From Polyangiales bacterium (GTDB lineage: Bacteria > Myxococcota_A > Polyangia > Polyangiales > Polyangiaceae): a DNA stretch of 64,000 nt. The number at the start of each line of letters is the position of its first letter. The first letter of the stretch is position 1. The notes beneath the pieces are model-generated. The model searched no databases. It was not told the DNA's origin and saw only the letters and a list, made by a program, of their open reading frames with translations. The translations under genes and the position numbers were made by a program. Of the stretch, positions 39,205-49,495 are shown one piece after another. The stretch covers positions 32,001 to 96,000 of the forward strand of contig JBBRLQ010000012.1 in assembly GCA_038231275.1 (NCBI GenBank), given 5' to 3'.

Positions 39205-40107
39205 CTAGAGCTTCTTCAGCATGGCCTTCGCGAGCGCGATCAGCTGGTCGGGCGTCGCGGCCGCCGTGATCTCGAACTGTACGCACCCGTTGAGCACGAC
39301 GAGCAGATTGATGCCGTTGGTTCCGACCGCACCCTGGAACGCGGCGTCGCCCAGGTTCGGGACGGTCGTGGTCGTGATCCCCAACGTGCTCTCCACCTGG
39401 GCGCGCCCCGCGGTGTAGTCGGACATTCCGTAGGGGACCCAGTAGTTGATGCCGACGCCGGGACTGTCGCCGTAACGACACTGCGTCAGCTGCACCGAGC
39501 CGCTGATCACCTTCGTCGTGGCGCTGCCGACGGTCGTGCCGAGCGCATCGTTGACGTCCTTCGAGCTCGCGAGCTCACAGGTCGGGGTCGCGCCGCACCC
39601 GCTCTGCCCGTCGCCACCCGCCCGCGCGTCGGTGCTCCCTTCCGTGCCCCCGTCGAACGGGGTGCACTTGCAGCTGTCGGGCGTCGGCGCCGTGATGTCG
39701 CATGGGCTGCCCGCGACGCACTTCTGCATCGGGGTCACCAGGTCGGCACACGCCTTCATGCACGTGCCGCACTGCGCGCTGTTCTGGCACATTTGCGCCG
39801 GGGAGTAGAGCGCGACGCCGGCCGGGTGCTTGTTGCCGCAGGAGACCTTGAGGCAGTCGTCGTCGCAGAGCGGATCGTCGGCGTTGGCCCCGACGCATGG
39901 GGACGTGGCCTCGACGCAGTCGACGATCGCCTTGCAGTCCGCGTTCGCCTTGCACGCCGCGTTCTGCGCGGCGCATTGCTTGTCGACGCACTGAGTGCAC
40001 GCGCTCGGAAGGGGCGCGCTCGGAGTGCTTGAGGTGCACGCGGCGATCATGGCCAGTGTGGCGACGAGGGCAACGCCTGCTGCGCGAAAAAAAGGTACGG
40101 GTGACAT
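39205..40107 (-). CDS. Lipoprotein with Cys-rich N-domain and DUF3558-like C-domain
   Basis: IAAC lipobox; CELAS..DV..ALG, VPNLGDAAF. Confidence 0.7.
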   Translation of the reverse strand: MSPVPFFRAAGVALVATLAMIAACTSSTPSAPLPSACTQCVDKQCAAQNAACKANADCKAIVDCVEATSPCVGANADDPLCDDDCLKVSCGNKHPAGVALYSPAQMCQNSAQCGTCMKACADLVTPMQKCVAGSPCDITAPTPDSCKCTPFDGGTEGSTDARAGGDGQSGCGATPTCELASSKDVNDALGTTVGSATTKVISGSVQLTQCRYGDSPGVGINYWVPYGMSDYTAGRAQVESTLGITTTTVPNLGDAAFQGAVGTNGINLLVVLNGCVQFEITAAATPDQLIALAKAMLKKL

Positions 40108-40144
40108 TCCAAGCGATCGTAATCGCTCGTGCGCGCCGGCACCA

Positions 40145-41275
40145 CTACCTCACGGGAACGCCGATGAGCCGGCGGAGGACGTCGGCACGACGAGAGAGCT
40201 CGTCCTCCCCAGGGCGATCCGGGTCGAAAAGGAAACGGGACACCTTGGCGCGGCCGCTGCGGAGCGGCGAGACGTGAAACGCCGCGTCGAGCACCGGATT
40301 CTCGCCGCCGTGGCACCCATCGCACGTGCTCGCGGCGAAGGCGCGGCGGAGCGGCTCGTCGACGCCAGGCAGGCGCCACGTTTCCCCGAGCGCGACGCGA
40401 TCGGCCAGCATCTCGAAGGGGACTTCGTGGCGATCCGCGAGAATTTCGTCGCGGTGCGAGAGGACGAACTTTGCGAGCTCCGGAGTGTCGCGACGATCGG
40501 CGGCGGGCGTGCGGCGAAGCTTGGCGGAGATGATGCGAGCGCGGCCGTCGACGGCCGTGGGATCGCGATGCGCCTCATGGAGCGTCGCCGTGGGTCCGCT
40601 CGACGCGTCGTCGACGCGCAGCTGCGCGAGCCCGCCGGCGCGGACGAAGCGCTCGGTGACGTCGGTGAGGGCGAGGACGAAGCCGGCGTCGAACGTCGCG
40701 TGCGCGCCGAGGGCGTGCCATCGCGCGGCCCAATCGACGGGATCGCCGTCGAGCCTGAACTCGGCGATCACGGTGATGGGGAGCGGGCTCGAGCCAGGAT
40801 CGTCCCCGGGCCCGTCGGTCGCGGCGAAGAGGAGGCGGCCTTCGGGCAGGTCGATGCGGTTGGAGACGGCGATCGTGCGAAACGGAGCTCGCGCGAGATC
40901 GAGGCGGCGCTCGCCGCACGCGCCGCAACCCTCGTCGCACGCGTTCTCCGCCCGCGCGCGGAGCCACGCGCACGTGAAGGCAGGGGCGGCCCAGGTCTCG
41001 AGCCAACCGAGCGTGACGTCGGACGCGTCGTCCTCGGAGGCCGCGAGGCGCTCCATCGTGTGCCGAAATCCGAGCGCGCTGCCGCCGGTGTTCGACGTCG
41101 CCGGGTCTCGCATGACCGCGTCGTCCACGACGAGCAGCTCCTTCCATGGATCGATGACGACCGCTGCTCCGCCCTCGTTTGTGTGGTCGGCGAGGATCGG
41201 ACCGCACGCCGTGAGTGCAGCGATCGCGATCATCGCGACGATGGCGGCGACGCGGATACCGATGTTCGTACCCAT
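40145..41275 (-). CDS. Lipoprotein with a C-terminal CxxCH motif
   Basis: LTAC lipobox; PFRTIAVSNRIDL; TCDGCH. Confidence 0.7.
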   Translation of the reverse strand: MGTNIGIRVAAIVAMIAIAALTACGPILADHTNEGGAAVVIDPWKELLVVDDAVMRDPATSNTGGSALGFRHTMERLAASEDDASDVTLGWLETWAAPAFTCAWLRARAENACDEGCGACGERRLDLARAPFRTIAVSNRIDLPEGRLLFAATDGPGDDPGSSPLPITVIAEFRLDGDPVDWAARWHALGAHATFDAGFVLALTDVTERFVRAGGLAQLRVDDASSGPTATLHEAHRDPTAVDGRARIISAKLRRTPAADRRDTPELAKFVLSHRDEILADRHEVPFEMLADRVALGETWRLPGVDEPLRRAFAASTCDGCHGGENPVLDAAFHVSPLRSGRAKVSRFLFDPDRPGEDELSRRADVLRRLIGVPVR

Positions 41276-42012
41276 CAGAGCACCCTCGCGATGCCGAGCG
41301 AGAAGGCGAGAGGCGGTCCTCCGATCCATTCGCCCCCCGCGAGGCGCACGCCGCGGAGGATCAGCATGCCGTCGGCGAAGATCGTGGTGCCTCTGGCGAT
41401 GGCGACGGCGCCGCCGAGGCCCACCGTGTTCCAGACTCCCCAAGGAGTGCTCTTCTCGACGACGCGTCGATCGTTGTACGTCACGACCATCTCGCCGTTC
41501 TGATCGCGCGTGGGAAAGCCGATCGCCGCGACGACACCTGCGCCGACGTAGCCGTAGCCTGCATCGCCGAGGCGCCGCTCGAGGCGCAACGCCGGCTGCG
41601 CGAGGAACCACGGCGGACCGTCTCCGACGAGCCCCTCGCCGGTTGGGTAGTAGAGGATGGGGGTGACGAGCGCGACGCGCGTACGCTCGCCGAGGGGGAG
41701 CCCTACCCGCGGACGAACGCCGACACCGAGCACGAACGGCGTGACGCCGACGATGGCGCCAATGGCGAACGACTCGGTCGGCGCGTACGCGATCTCACCC
41801 ATCCCGACGAACGGGACGCCGGTCGCGAGGCCGATGGATCCATGCCGCGCACCGGGGAAGATGGGATCGCCCTTCCAATGCGGATCGACCGCGCGCGCGT
41901 CGGGCGCGGAGGCGACGGGCGGAGGAGACACGTCGGCGTCGTCCGCACCGACGGCGAGCGGCGAGACCGTCGACGAAGCACCGAGGGCGAGCAAGAGGAG
42001 GAGTGTCGTCAT
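41275..42012 (-). CDS. Putative outer-membrane beta-barrel protein
   Basis: Signal peptide and amphipathic beta strands; stop overlaps the next ATG. Confidence 0.6.
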   Translation of the reverse strand: MTTLLLLLALGASSTVSPLAVGADDADVSPPPVASAPDARAVDPHWKGDPIFPGARHGSIGLATGVPFVGMGEIAYAPTESFAIGAIVGVTPFVLGVGVRPRVGLPLGERTRVALVTPILYYPTGEGLVGDGPPWFLAQPALRLERRLGDAGYGYVGAGVVAAIGFPTRDQNGEMVVTYNDRRVVEKSTPWGVWNTVGLGGAVAIARGTTIFADGMLILRGVRLAGGEWIGGPPLAFSLGIARVL

Positions 42013-42023
42013 GCGCGCCAGAG

Positions 42024-42039
42024 AGCAGCGAGCATGCCA
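42024..42039 (-). promoter_or_regulatory. Sigma54 (-24/-12) promoter
   Basis: Minus strand TGGCATGCTCGCTGCT about 12 nt before the ATG at 42012. Confidence 0.55.
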
Positions 42040-42116
42040 GAGCCAAATTCTCGATGGATCGCGATGTGCCGTCGATCGCGTGTGCAGCTCGCTGCACAGG
42101 TGTGCTCTCCGCGCGT

Positions 42117-43094
42117 CTACGTCGACGCGGGCAAGACCGTGCGCCCGAGCGCCGGAAAGACGCGCGAAACCTTCGAGAGCAGGTACTCGCCGTACGTCCC
42201 ACCGAGCGTGTGGACGCTCGCGCGATCCCAGCGCTCCGCTGCGTCCACCTCCGCCGGGCGCGCTCGCGCGAAAGGAAGCGGCTGCACCGCGGCGTCGAAC
42301 GACGGGTCGAAGAAGAACGGCCACGAAAAGCGGCTTCGCCCCGAAGTGTTTTTCACGCGATGCGGCGTCGAGCGGTAGCGGCCGCCGGTGAGCCGATCGA
42401 GCATGTCGCCGAGGTTGCACACGAAGCTCCCCGCGAGCGGCGGCGCGTCCGTCCACCCGCGCGGCGTCTTCACCTCGAGCCCGCCGCACTCGTCTTGAAG
42501 GAGGAGCGTCAGGAGGCCGTAGTCGGTGTGCTCTCCGACGCCCCACGCCTCGCGCGACGCCTCGTCGGCGGCGGCCGGGTAGTGGAAGATCCGAAAGAGG
42601 CAGAGAGGATCCTTCGTGAGCGCGGCGGCGAAGTGGTCGGGCGGCAGATCGAGGCTCGCGGCGACGCCGCGCATCACCGTGTGCCCGAGGCGTTCCAACG
42701 CCGCCATCCACGCGAGAACGGCATCGCGCATTTCTGGCAGAGCGGGCGGGAACAGATTGGGACCGTGCAACGGCCTCGGATCGAGCGCGGGCAGCTCAGC
42801 GCCGAAGTAGATGCCCTCCTTGCGATCGGGACGGCCGCTCGTCAGCTCACCGCCGAGCGGAAACCAGCCGCGCCACGCGCGTCCTCCGCGCTCCATCGCG
42901 ATCGCGCGCCGTGCGTCTTCGGGCAGGGCGAAGAACGCGCGCGTGACCTCGTCGAGGCGCCGCGCGAGCAAGGGATCGACGTCGTGCCCGACCGCGTAGA
43001 AAAATCCCGAGTCCTCGCACGCCGCGCGAAGGGCCATCGCGGCGTCTCGTGAAGGCGACGACGCGAAGCTCGAGACGTCGACGACGGGGATCAT
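42117..43094 (-). CDS. 2-oxoglutarate/Fe(II) oxygenase (IPNS-like)
   Basis: IPVVDVS, GFFY, HTDYG, STPHRV, RFS. Confidence 0.93.
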   Translation of the reverse strand: MIPVVDVSSFASSPSRDAAMALRAACEDSGFFYAVGHDVDPLLARRLDEVTRAFFALPEDARRAIAMERGGRAWRGWFPLGGELTSGRPDRKEGIYFGAELPALDPRPLHGPNLFPPALPEMRDAVLAWMAALERLGHTVMRGVAASLDLPPDHFAAALTKDPLCLFRIFHYPAAADEASREAWGVGEHTDYGLLTLLLQDECGGLEVKTPRGWTDAPPLAGSFVCNLGDMLDRLTGGRYRSTPHRVKNTSGRSRFSWPFFFDPSFDAAVQPLPFARARPAEVDAAERWDRASVHTLGGTYGEYLLSKVSRVFPALGRTVLPAST

Positions 43095-43149
43095 CGCGCC
43101 CAATGTAGCGCAAGCGTCTGCGCTGCGAATGCCGTGCTACGACTCGCGC

Positions 43150-44307
43150 ATGTTCTCTCGGCGGACGGCCCGTGAGCTCGCGCCCAACGCGCTCGCGACG
43201 GCGCTGGCGGAGACGCGCGCGCGCGGCGCGGCGGTGCTCGACCTCACCGTGTCGAATCCAACGACCGCCGGGATCCCGTACGACGCGCCGGCGATCACCG
43301 CGGCGCTCGCCGACCCGCGTGCCCTCGTCTATGCGCCGGAGCCGCTCGGCATGCCCGAAGCGCGCGCGGCGGCGGCGGCAGAGGCAAGCGCGGCGGGAGT
43401 CCACGTCGACGCGTCACGGGTGATGCTCACGGCGAGCACGAGCGAGGCGTACGCGTTCGTGATGAAGCTCCTATGCGATCCGGGCGACGACGTCCTCGTG
43501 CCGGCGCCGAGCTATCCGCTCTTCGATCTCCTCGCCGGGTTCGAGTCGGTCCGCCTCGTTCCGTACCGCCTCGCGTACGACGGCGCGTGGCACGTCGATC
43601 TCGACTCGGCGCGGCGGGCGGTCGGGCCAAGGACGCGCGCCGTCTTCACCGTGAGCCCCAACAATCCGACGGGCTCCTTCCTCAAGAGGGACGAGCTCGC
43701 CGGCCTTGCTGCGCTCGGGCTGCCCATCGTCAGCGACGAGGTCTTCAGCGACTACGCGTTCGACGACGCTCCTCGGACGCGCGCGCGAACGGCGCTCGAG
43801 GCGACCGAGACCCTGGTCTTCGCGCTCGGGGGCCTGTCGAAGCAAGCGGCGCTCCCACAGATGAAGCTGGCGTGGACCAGCGTGGGCGGCCCGGCCGATC
43901 GCGTCGGTGAGGCGCTCGCGCGGCTGGAGCTGATCGGCGACAGCTTCCTCTCGGCCGGGACCCCGGTCCAAATCGCGCTGCCGGCGCTCCTCGCCAGCCG
44001 CGCGCCCGCGACGGAGGCGATCCGCGCGCGCACGAGGGAGAACCTGTCGAAGCTGCGGACCGCGCTCCCGAGAGACTCCGCGGCGACGCTGCTCACCGTC
44101 GAAGGAGGCTGGTACGCGACGCTCCGCTTGCCGCGCACGAAGCGGGAGGAGGCGTGGGCGATCGAGCTCCTCGCGCGCGACGGCGTCTACGTTCACCCCG
44201 GGCAATTCTTCGGCTTCGAGGACGAGGCGTACATCGTCCTCAGCTTGCTCACGCCGAAGGAGACGTTCGCCGAAGGGGTACGCAGGATCGTCGCGCGCGC
44301 CGGCTGA
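43150..44307 (+). CDS. PLP-dependent aminotransferase class I/II
   Basis: PNNPTG, SDEVF, GGLSK. Confidence 0.92.
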   Translation: MFSRRTARELAPNALATALAETRARGAAVLDLTVSNPTTAGIPYDAPAITAALADPRALVYAPEPLGMPEARAAAAAEASAAGVHVDASRVMLTASTSEAYAFVMKLLCDPGDDVLVPAPSYPLFDLLAGFESVRLVPYRLAYDGAWHVDLDSARRAVGPRTRAVFTVSPNNPTGSFLKRDELAGLAALGLPIVSDEVFSDYAFDDAPRTRARTALEATETLVFALGGLSKQAALPQMKLAWTSVGGPADRVGEALARLELIGDSFLSAGTPVQIALPALLASRAPATEAIRARTRENLSKLRTALPRDSAATLLTVEGGWYATLRLPRTKREEAWAIELLARDGVYVHPGQFFGFEDEAYIVLSLLTPKETFAEGVRRIVARAG

Positions 44308-44327
44308 ATCGCTATACTCCTCCTCTA

Positions 44328-45707
44328 GTGCAGCACGCCCCCGTGGCCTTCGGCAGCTACCGCACGACCTCGGTCCTCGGCCAAGGGGGAATGGGGATCG
44401 TGTACGCCGCCGTCGACGAGTCCACGGGCGCGCGCGTGGCCATCAAGGCGTTCGGCTCCACCGCCGCGGCATCCGATCCCCTCGAGCTGTCGCGCTTCGA
44501 CCGCGAGGGGCGCATTCTCTGCACGATCGACAGCGAGCACGTCGCCCGCGTGATCGACATGGGGCGTCGACGAGAGGACGGCGCGCCGTTCCTGGTCATG
44601 GAGCTCCTAGAAGGAGAGACCGTCAAGGCGACCCTCCTCAGGTACGGCAAGCTCGCGCCCGCGCTGGCGATGGCGATCGGCGCGCAGACGTGCCGCGGCC
44701 TCGTGCGCGCGCACGCGAAGGGGATCATCCACCGCGACATCAAGCCTGCGAACCTCTTCCTCGCGAAGGGCGCGGGGCCTAGCGGCGGTCACGTCGTCAA
44801 GATCCTCGATTTCGGGATCGCGAAGTTCATGGGCACCGCCGCGCAGATCGGCGACGGCACGCTCACGCAGACCGGCACGCTCGTGGGCTCGCCGCTGTAC
44901 ATGTCGCCCGAGCAGGCGATGGGCCTCAAGGCGATCGACGCGCGAACCGACGTGTGGTCGCTCGGGATGCTGCTCTTCGAGGCGATCGCGGGGCGCTTGC
45001 CCTTCGGATACATCGAGACGATCGGCCAGCTCATCGTGACCGTGTGCGGCGTGCAGGCGCCGCCGCTCCGCGAGGTCGCGCCGTGGGTGCCCGTCGAGAT
45101 CGCGCAGATCGTCGATCGCGCGATACGCATTCGGCCGGCGGAGCGCTTCGCCGACGCGCGCGCGATGCTCGACGCGCTGCTCGCGACCGGCGTGGACATG
45201 AACATCACCGACGCCTCGATCGCGCGCTCCGCGGAGTTCGGCGAGACGACGCGCATGGCACCGCCGAGCGGCTCGCTCCCCATCGACGGGACCGCCTCGC
45301 ATGGCCTCGCGGCGACGATGCGTCACCCGGGGCGCGAGCGCGGCATCGTCGCGGGGGTGATCGCGGCCACCGTCATCGCGGTGGCCACCGGCGCGCTGGT
45401 GTGGGGACGAGCGCGTCACCTCGCGGCGTCGACCGCGGGGAGCAGCTCCGCCGAGCCGACCGCGCCGCCCCCCTCGCTGACCGCGTCCGCGCCGGTCCCC
45501 GACGACACCGCGGCGCCTGCACCTTCTCAGGACACGCAATCACCCGGCCCTCTCCCACCACAAGCGCAGGCGCAGGCCGCTCCACCACCGACCCCGGTGC
45601 CGACGAACCCCACGCCGGGCGGTAAAAAGCGACCGATCCCGCGCCCGCGACCCACCGCGACGACGAACCTTCCGCCCCCTCCGACCGGTGGACGTGAGAC
45701 GATGTAG
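44328..45707 (+). CDS. Hanks-type Ser/Thr protein kinase with TM segment and Pro-rich tail
   Basis: LGQGGMG, VAIK, HRDIKPAN, DFG, YMSPEQ, DVWSLG. Confidence 0.95.
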   Translation: MQHAPVAFGSYRTTSVLGQGGMGIVYAAVDESTGARVAIKAFGSTAAASDPLELSRFDREGRILCTIDSEHVARVIDMGRRREDGAPFLVMELLEGETVKATLLRYGKLAPALAMAIGAQTCRGLVRAHAKGIIHRDIKPANLFLAKGAGPSGGHVVKILDFGIAKFMGTAAQIGDGTLTQTGTLVGSPLYMSPEQAMGLKAIDARTDVWSLGMLLFEAIAGRLPFGYIETIGQLIVTVCGVQAPPLREVAPWVPVEIAQIVDRAIRIRPAERFADARAMLDALLATGVDMNITDASIARSAEFGETTRMAPPSGSLPIDGTASHGLAATMRHPGRERGIVAGVIAATVIAVATGALVWGRARHLAASTAGSSSAEPTAPPPSLTASAPVPDDTAAPAPSQDTQSPGPLPPQAQAQAAPPPTPVPTNPTPGGKKRPIPRPRPTATTNLPPPPTGGRETM

Positions 45708-45708
45708 C

Positions 45709-46731
45709 GTGCGCCAGCGACCGCTTGCCGCCCTCGTTTTCTTCGCCGCGATCTGCGCGCCGAGGATGGCCCGCGCCGACGGGCCCGCGTACTCCGAGGC
45801 TGCGAAGCATTTCGCCGCCGGCCGCGAGCACGTGAAGCGCAACCGCTGCGATCTCGCCATCCCGGAGTTCCAGGCGAGCCTCGCCACCGAGACCAGCGTA
45901 GGCGCGTACCTGAACCTCGCCGATTGCCTCGCCGCGCGCGGAACGCTCGCCGCAGCGTGGCGCGCGTACAAGCTCGCCGAGGAGATCGCGCTCGCGAAGA
46001 AGGACGATCGCGCGCGCGCGGCGCACGACGGCGCCGCGGTGGTCGAGCCGGAGCTGGTCCGCGTCGTCGTCGTGGCCGAGACGAAGGACGGCGCAGCGAT
46101 CGCCCTCACGAAGGACTCGGTCAAGCTCGACGACGAGGCGATCCCCGAATCTGCGCTCGCCACCGGCGCGATGGTCGAGCCGAAGAAGACGCATGCGATC
46201 CTCGTCGCGCTTCCAGGCTACGAGCCCGCGCGCGCGTCGGCGAGCGGAGAGGCCGGCGAGACACGCATGCTCCGCGTCCCCCTCGCCGCGGCCGCGCAGA
46301 AGGCGGGCGGCGGCCCCGCGAACGCGACCCCGGCGACCGCACTCGGCCCACGCGACGACCCCGGGCGCACGCAGCGGACCATCGCCTTCGTGACGGCGGG
46401 CGTCGGCGCAGGCGCGCTCATCGCCGGCGCGGTCTTCGGCTTCATCGCGCTCGGCCAACGCTCCGATCTGGCCGCCGCCGTCGCCGCGAACCCGTCTTGC
46501 CGCGGCGACTACCCGAACGGCGCGTGCTCGCTCGCCGCCAAGAACGCGCTGGATCCCCTGGAATCCAAGGCGTTCACGACGGCGACGGTCTCGACGCTGC
46601 TCGTCGCCGCCGGCGCCGCGCTTGGCGCAGGCGGCGCCGTCCTCTACTTCACCGCGCGGGAAGCCGGCCCGCGCGCGACCGTCTCGGCGGGTCCGACCGG
46701 CGCGACGCTCACGCTCCAGCAGCGATTCTGA
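45709..46731 (+). CDS. Exported TPR + PEGA-like protein
   Basis: Signal peptide (ARA), TPR helices, C-terminal hydrophobic hairpins; typical kinase partner. Confidence 0.75.
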   Translation: MRQRPLAALVFFAAICAPRMARADGPAYSEAAKHFAAGREHVKRNRCDLAIPEFQASLATETSVGAYLNLADCLAARGTLAAAWRAYKLAEEIALAKKDDRARAAHDGAAVVEPELVRVVVVAETKDGAAIALTKDSVKLDDEAIPESALATGAMVEPKKTHAILVALPGYEPARASASGEAGETRMLRVPLAAAAQKAGGGPANATPATALGPRDDPGRTQRTIAFVTAGVGAGALIAGAVFGFIALGQRSDLAAAVAANPSCRGDYPNGACSLAAKNALDPLESKAFTTATVSTLLVAAGAALGAGGAVLYFTAREAGPRATVSAGPTGATLTLQQRF

Positions 46732-46749
46732 TCGTCGGCCCGGCGCCGG

Positions 46750-47622
46750 TCACTTCGAGCAGCAGCGGAAGCCGAGATCGTCGTTCTGAAAATCGATCGT
46801 CGCGGAGAACGCCTTCGTGCAGTCGAAGCTCTCGGGAGAGGTGAAGGAGCCTCCTTGTAGAATGCACATTTCGGGACCGCCGTCCTGCGGGAAGCAGAGG
46901 TCAATCCACTCGAAGATGTTGCCGACCATGTCGTGGACGCCGGCGTACCCGCCGATGCACTTGGGAAAGGTGCCGGCCGGCGCGCGCTTGCCGGAGCCGC
47001 CGTCGCCTATGTTGCAGTCGCCGGAGACCAGCGTGGCGCCGTAGGGGAACGACTGCGTGCCGGCATTCGTGCACGCGATCGTGAACTGCGCGACGGTGGG
47101 GCTGCCGATCTCTCCGATCTGGAGCGGCCCGCCGGCGCCGCCGTCGACAACGCGTCCGCAGAGCCGCTTGCCCGCCCACGCGCAGTACGCGCGCGCGTCG
47201 CACCAGTCGACGCCGGCGACCGGGTCTTCGTCCACGCCCACACGCTCGGGGCCGAGCTTCGCGTTGCCCGCGCAGATCTTCGGCTGCGATCCTGCGTCCC
47301 CGGCGACGGCGGCCACGAAGGCGCGGTATTGCCCGAACGTCACCTCGGTCGAGTCGATCGCGAACACGTTGCCGGGCGGGCCCGCGGGCACCATCACGGG
47401 CCCCGGAGGAGGCGCGTCCACGCGCGCGTCGCCCTCGGCCGCGTCCCCGGCGTCGAACGGCGGCGGCGAGTCGGGCGGACGCGCGTCGCTCACCGGCGCG
47501 TCGGGCGACTCGCCGTCGGGCGTGTCTTCCTCGTACCGAACCGGCTCCAGGCCCGCCAGCTTCGCGCACCCCACGGCCGCGAGGAGCGCGATTCCGAGGG
47601 CCAGCTCTCTGCGGCGCTTCAC
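46750..47622 (-). CDS. FGE-sulfatase (SUMF1) domain lipoprotein
   Basis: AVGC lipobox; IDSTEVT, AYCAWAGKRL, DMVGNIFEW, GFRCC. Confidence 0.9.
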   Translation of the reverse strand: MKRRRELALGIALLAAVGCAKLAGLEPVRYEEDTPDGESPDAPVSDARPPDSPPPFDAGDAAEGDARVDAPPPGPVMVPAGPPGNVFAIDSTEVTFGQYRAFVAAVAGDAGSQPKICAGNAKLGPERVGVDEDPVAGVDWCDARAYCAWAGKRLCGRVVDGGAGGPLQIGEIGSPTVAQFTIACTNAGTQSFPYGATLVSGDCNIGDGGSGKRAPAGTFPKCIGGYAGVHDMVGNIFEWIDLCFPQDGGPEMCILQGGSFTSPESFDCTKAFSATIDFQNDDLGFRCCSK

Positions 47623-47687
47623 ACCCCAAGCATACCAGCGTCCGGCGAAGACGCGTCCGCTTGCTACGCCGCGCGGATTCTCGTTCC

Positions 47688-48689
47688 ATGGCGCGTGAGG
47701 ATGGCCACTTGATCACGGTCTCGAAGCTGCGCAAGGAGTACCGAGTCCACGAGCGCAGCCCGGGGCTCCTCGCGGCGGCGCGGTCGGTCTTTCATCGCCA
47801 GTACAAGTCGGTCGTCGCCGTCGACGGCGTCTCGTTCGAGATCGCGACGGGCGAGCGCGTGGGGTTCTTGGGCCCGAACGGCGCCGGCAAGACCACGACG
47901 CTCAAGATCCTCTCCGGCCTCCTCCATCCCACGAGCGGTGAGGCGCGCGTCGACGGCCACGAGCCCCGCCGTCGCGAGGATGCGTTCCTCAAGAAGATCA
48001 TGCTCATCCTCGGCCAGAAGCAGCAACTGATCTGGGATCTGCCGCCGAGCGAGACGTTCGAATACAACCGTGCGATCTACGACGTCCCGCGGAAGCAATT
48101 CGACGAGACGATCGCCGAGCTCACGTCGCTCCTCGACCTCGGCGATCTCGTGAAGAAGCCGACGCGCCAGCTCTCGCTCGGCGAGCGCATGAAGTGCGAG
48201 CTCGCCGCGGCGCTGGTGCACCGCCCGAAGGTGCTCTTCCTCGACGAGCCGACGATCGGCCTCGACGTCTCGATGCAGGCCACCATTCGCGCCTTCATCA
48301 AGCAGTACAACGAGCGCTGGAACGCGACGCTGCTCCTCACGAGCCACTACATGGACGACGTCGCGGCGCTGTGTCCGCGCGTGATCGTCATCGACAAGGG
48401 GAAGATCACGTACGACGGCCGCCTCGACGCGCTGTCGGCGCGCATTCGTCCGGCCAAGCGCGTCGTCTTCCGGTTCTCGCGGCCGGTCGATCGCGGAGAC
48501 GTAGAGCCGATCGGTAAGATCGTGTCCTTCGACCACGCGCAAGCGGTGCTCGACGTGACGCGCGACGCGCTGAACGAAGCGGTGGAGCGCGCGCTGCGTA
48601 CGCTCCCGGTGACCGATCTCACGGTGGAAGATCCGCCGCTCGAGGAGATCATGAGCGAGCTCTTCTCGCGCGGCGAGGCGGCGACGTGA
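47688..48689 (+). CDS. ABC transporter ATP-binding protein
   Basis: GPNGAGKT, LSLGER, LDEPT, SH. Confidence 0.95.
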   Translation: MAREDGHLITVSKLRKEYRVHERSPGLLAAARSVFHRQYKSVVAVDGVSFEIATGERVGFLGPNGAGKTTTLKILSGLLHPTSGEARVDGHEPRRREDAFLKKIMLILGQKQQLIWDLPPSETFEYNRAIYDVPRKQFDETIAELTSLLDLGDLVKKPTRQLSLGERMKCELAAALVHRPKVLFLDEPTIGLDVSMQATIRAFIKQYNERWNATLLLTSHYMDDVAALCPRVIVIDKGKITYDGRLDALSARIRPAKRVVFRFSRPVDRGDVEPIGKIVSFDHAQAVLDVTRDALNEAVERALRTLPVTDLTVEDPPLEEIMSELFSRGEAAT

Positions 48690-49495
48690 GCCTCCGCTCG
48701 ACCGCGCGCGCGCTGCCGACGCTCCTCAAGGTCGGGTTCGCCGAGGCGGTGGCCTACCGCGCGGAGATGCTCGTGTGGGTGCTCGCGACGACGATGCCAC
48801 TCGTGATGCTCGCGCTCTTCAACGCGGTCGCTGCGGATGGCCCGATCGGCCGCTTTGGGCAAGCGGACCTCATCGCGTATTTTCTCGCGACGTTCTGCGT
48901 GCGGCAGCTCACCGGCTCGTGGACGTCGTGGCAAATCAATTTCGAGATCCGCGAAGGCACCCTCTCGACGCGCCTCCTCCGACCGATCCACCCGCTCCTC
49001 GGGTATGCCGTCGACAACATCGCCGCGATGCCGATGCGCGTGATCGTGTCGGTGCCGGTCGCCGCCGCGTCGCTCGCCCTCGTCGGCGGCCACGCAATCT
49101 CGCACGCGACGGGGGCGTGGCTCTTGTGGATCCCCGCGCTCGTCGGCGGATGGGCGCTCACGCTGCTCGCGAATTTCATCGTCGGCTCGCTCGCGCTCTT
49201 CCTCGAGAGCAGCGTGAAGGTCATGGACATCTACCTCGCAGCGTATTTCGTCGCGAGCGGGTACCTCATCCCCGTCGAGCTCTTCCCTCCCGGCGCGCGC
49301 AGGGTCGTCGACTGGCTCCCCTTTCGCTTCCAGATCGGCTTCCCGGTGGAGCTCATGACGGGCGCCTACGATCGCGACCTCGGACACGCCGCCGAGCTGC
49401 TCGCGCGCCAGTGGGGCATGGTCGCCGTCTTCGCGTGCCTCACCGCGTGGATCTGGTCTCGCGGGATCCGCCGCTTCTCCGCGTACGGGGGATGA
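48686..49495 (+). CDS. ABC-2 family permease (DUF990 type)
   Basis: 6 TM; IREGTL..RLLRP; LIPVELFP. Confidence 0.88.
   Translation: MSLRSTARALPTLLKVGFAEAVAYRAEMLVWVLATTMPLVMLALFNAVAADGPIGRFGQADLIAYFLATFCVRQLTGSWTSWQINFEIREGTLSTRLLRPIHPLLGYAVDNIAAMPMRVIVSVPVAAASLALVGGHAISHATGAWLLWIPALVGGWALTLLANFIVGSLALFLESSVKVMDIYLAAYFVASGYLIPVELFPPGARRVVDWLPFRFQIGFPVELMTGAYDRDLGHAAELLARQWGMVAVFACLTAWIWSRGIRRFSAYGG

Noticed and set aside
42117..44307. Beta-lactam or other secondary-metabolite cluster around the IPNS-like oxygenase and aminotransferase
   Set aside because: No NRPS/PKS or other tailoring genes are adjacent; both families are widespread.
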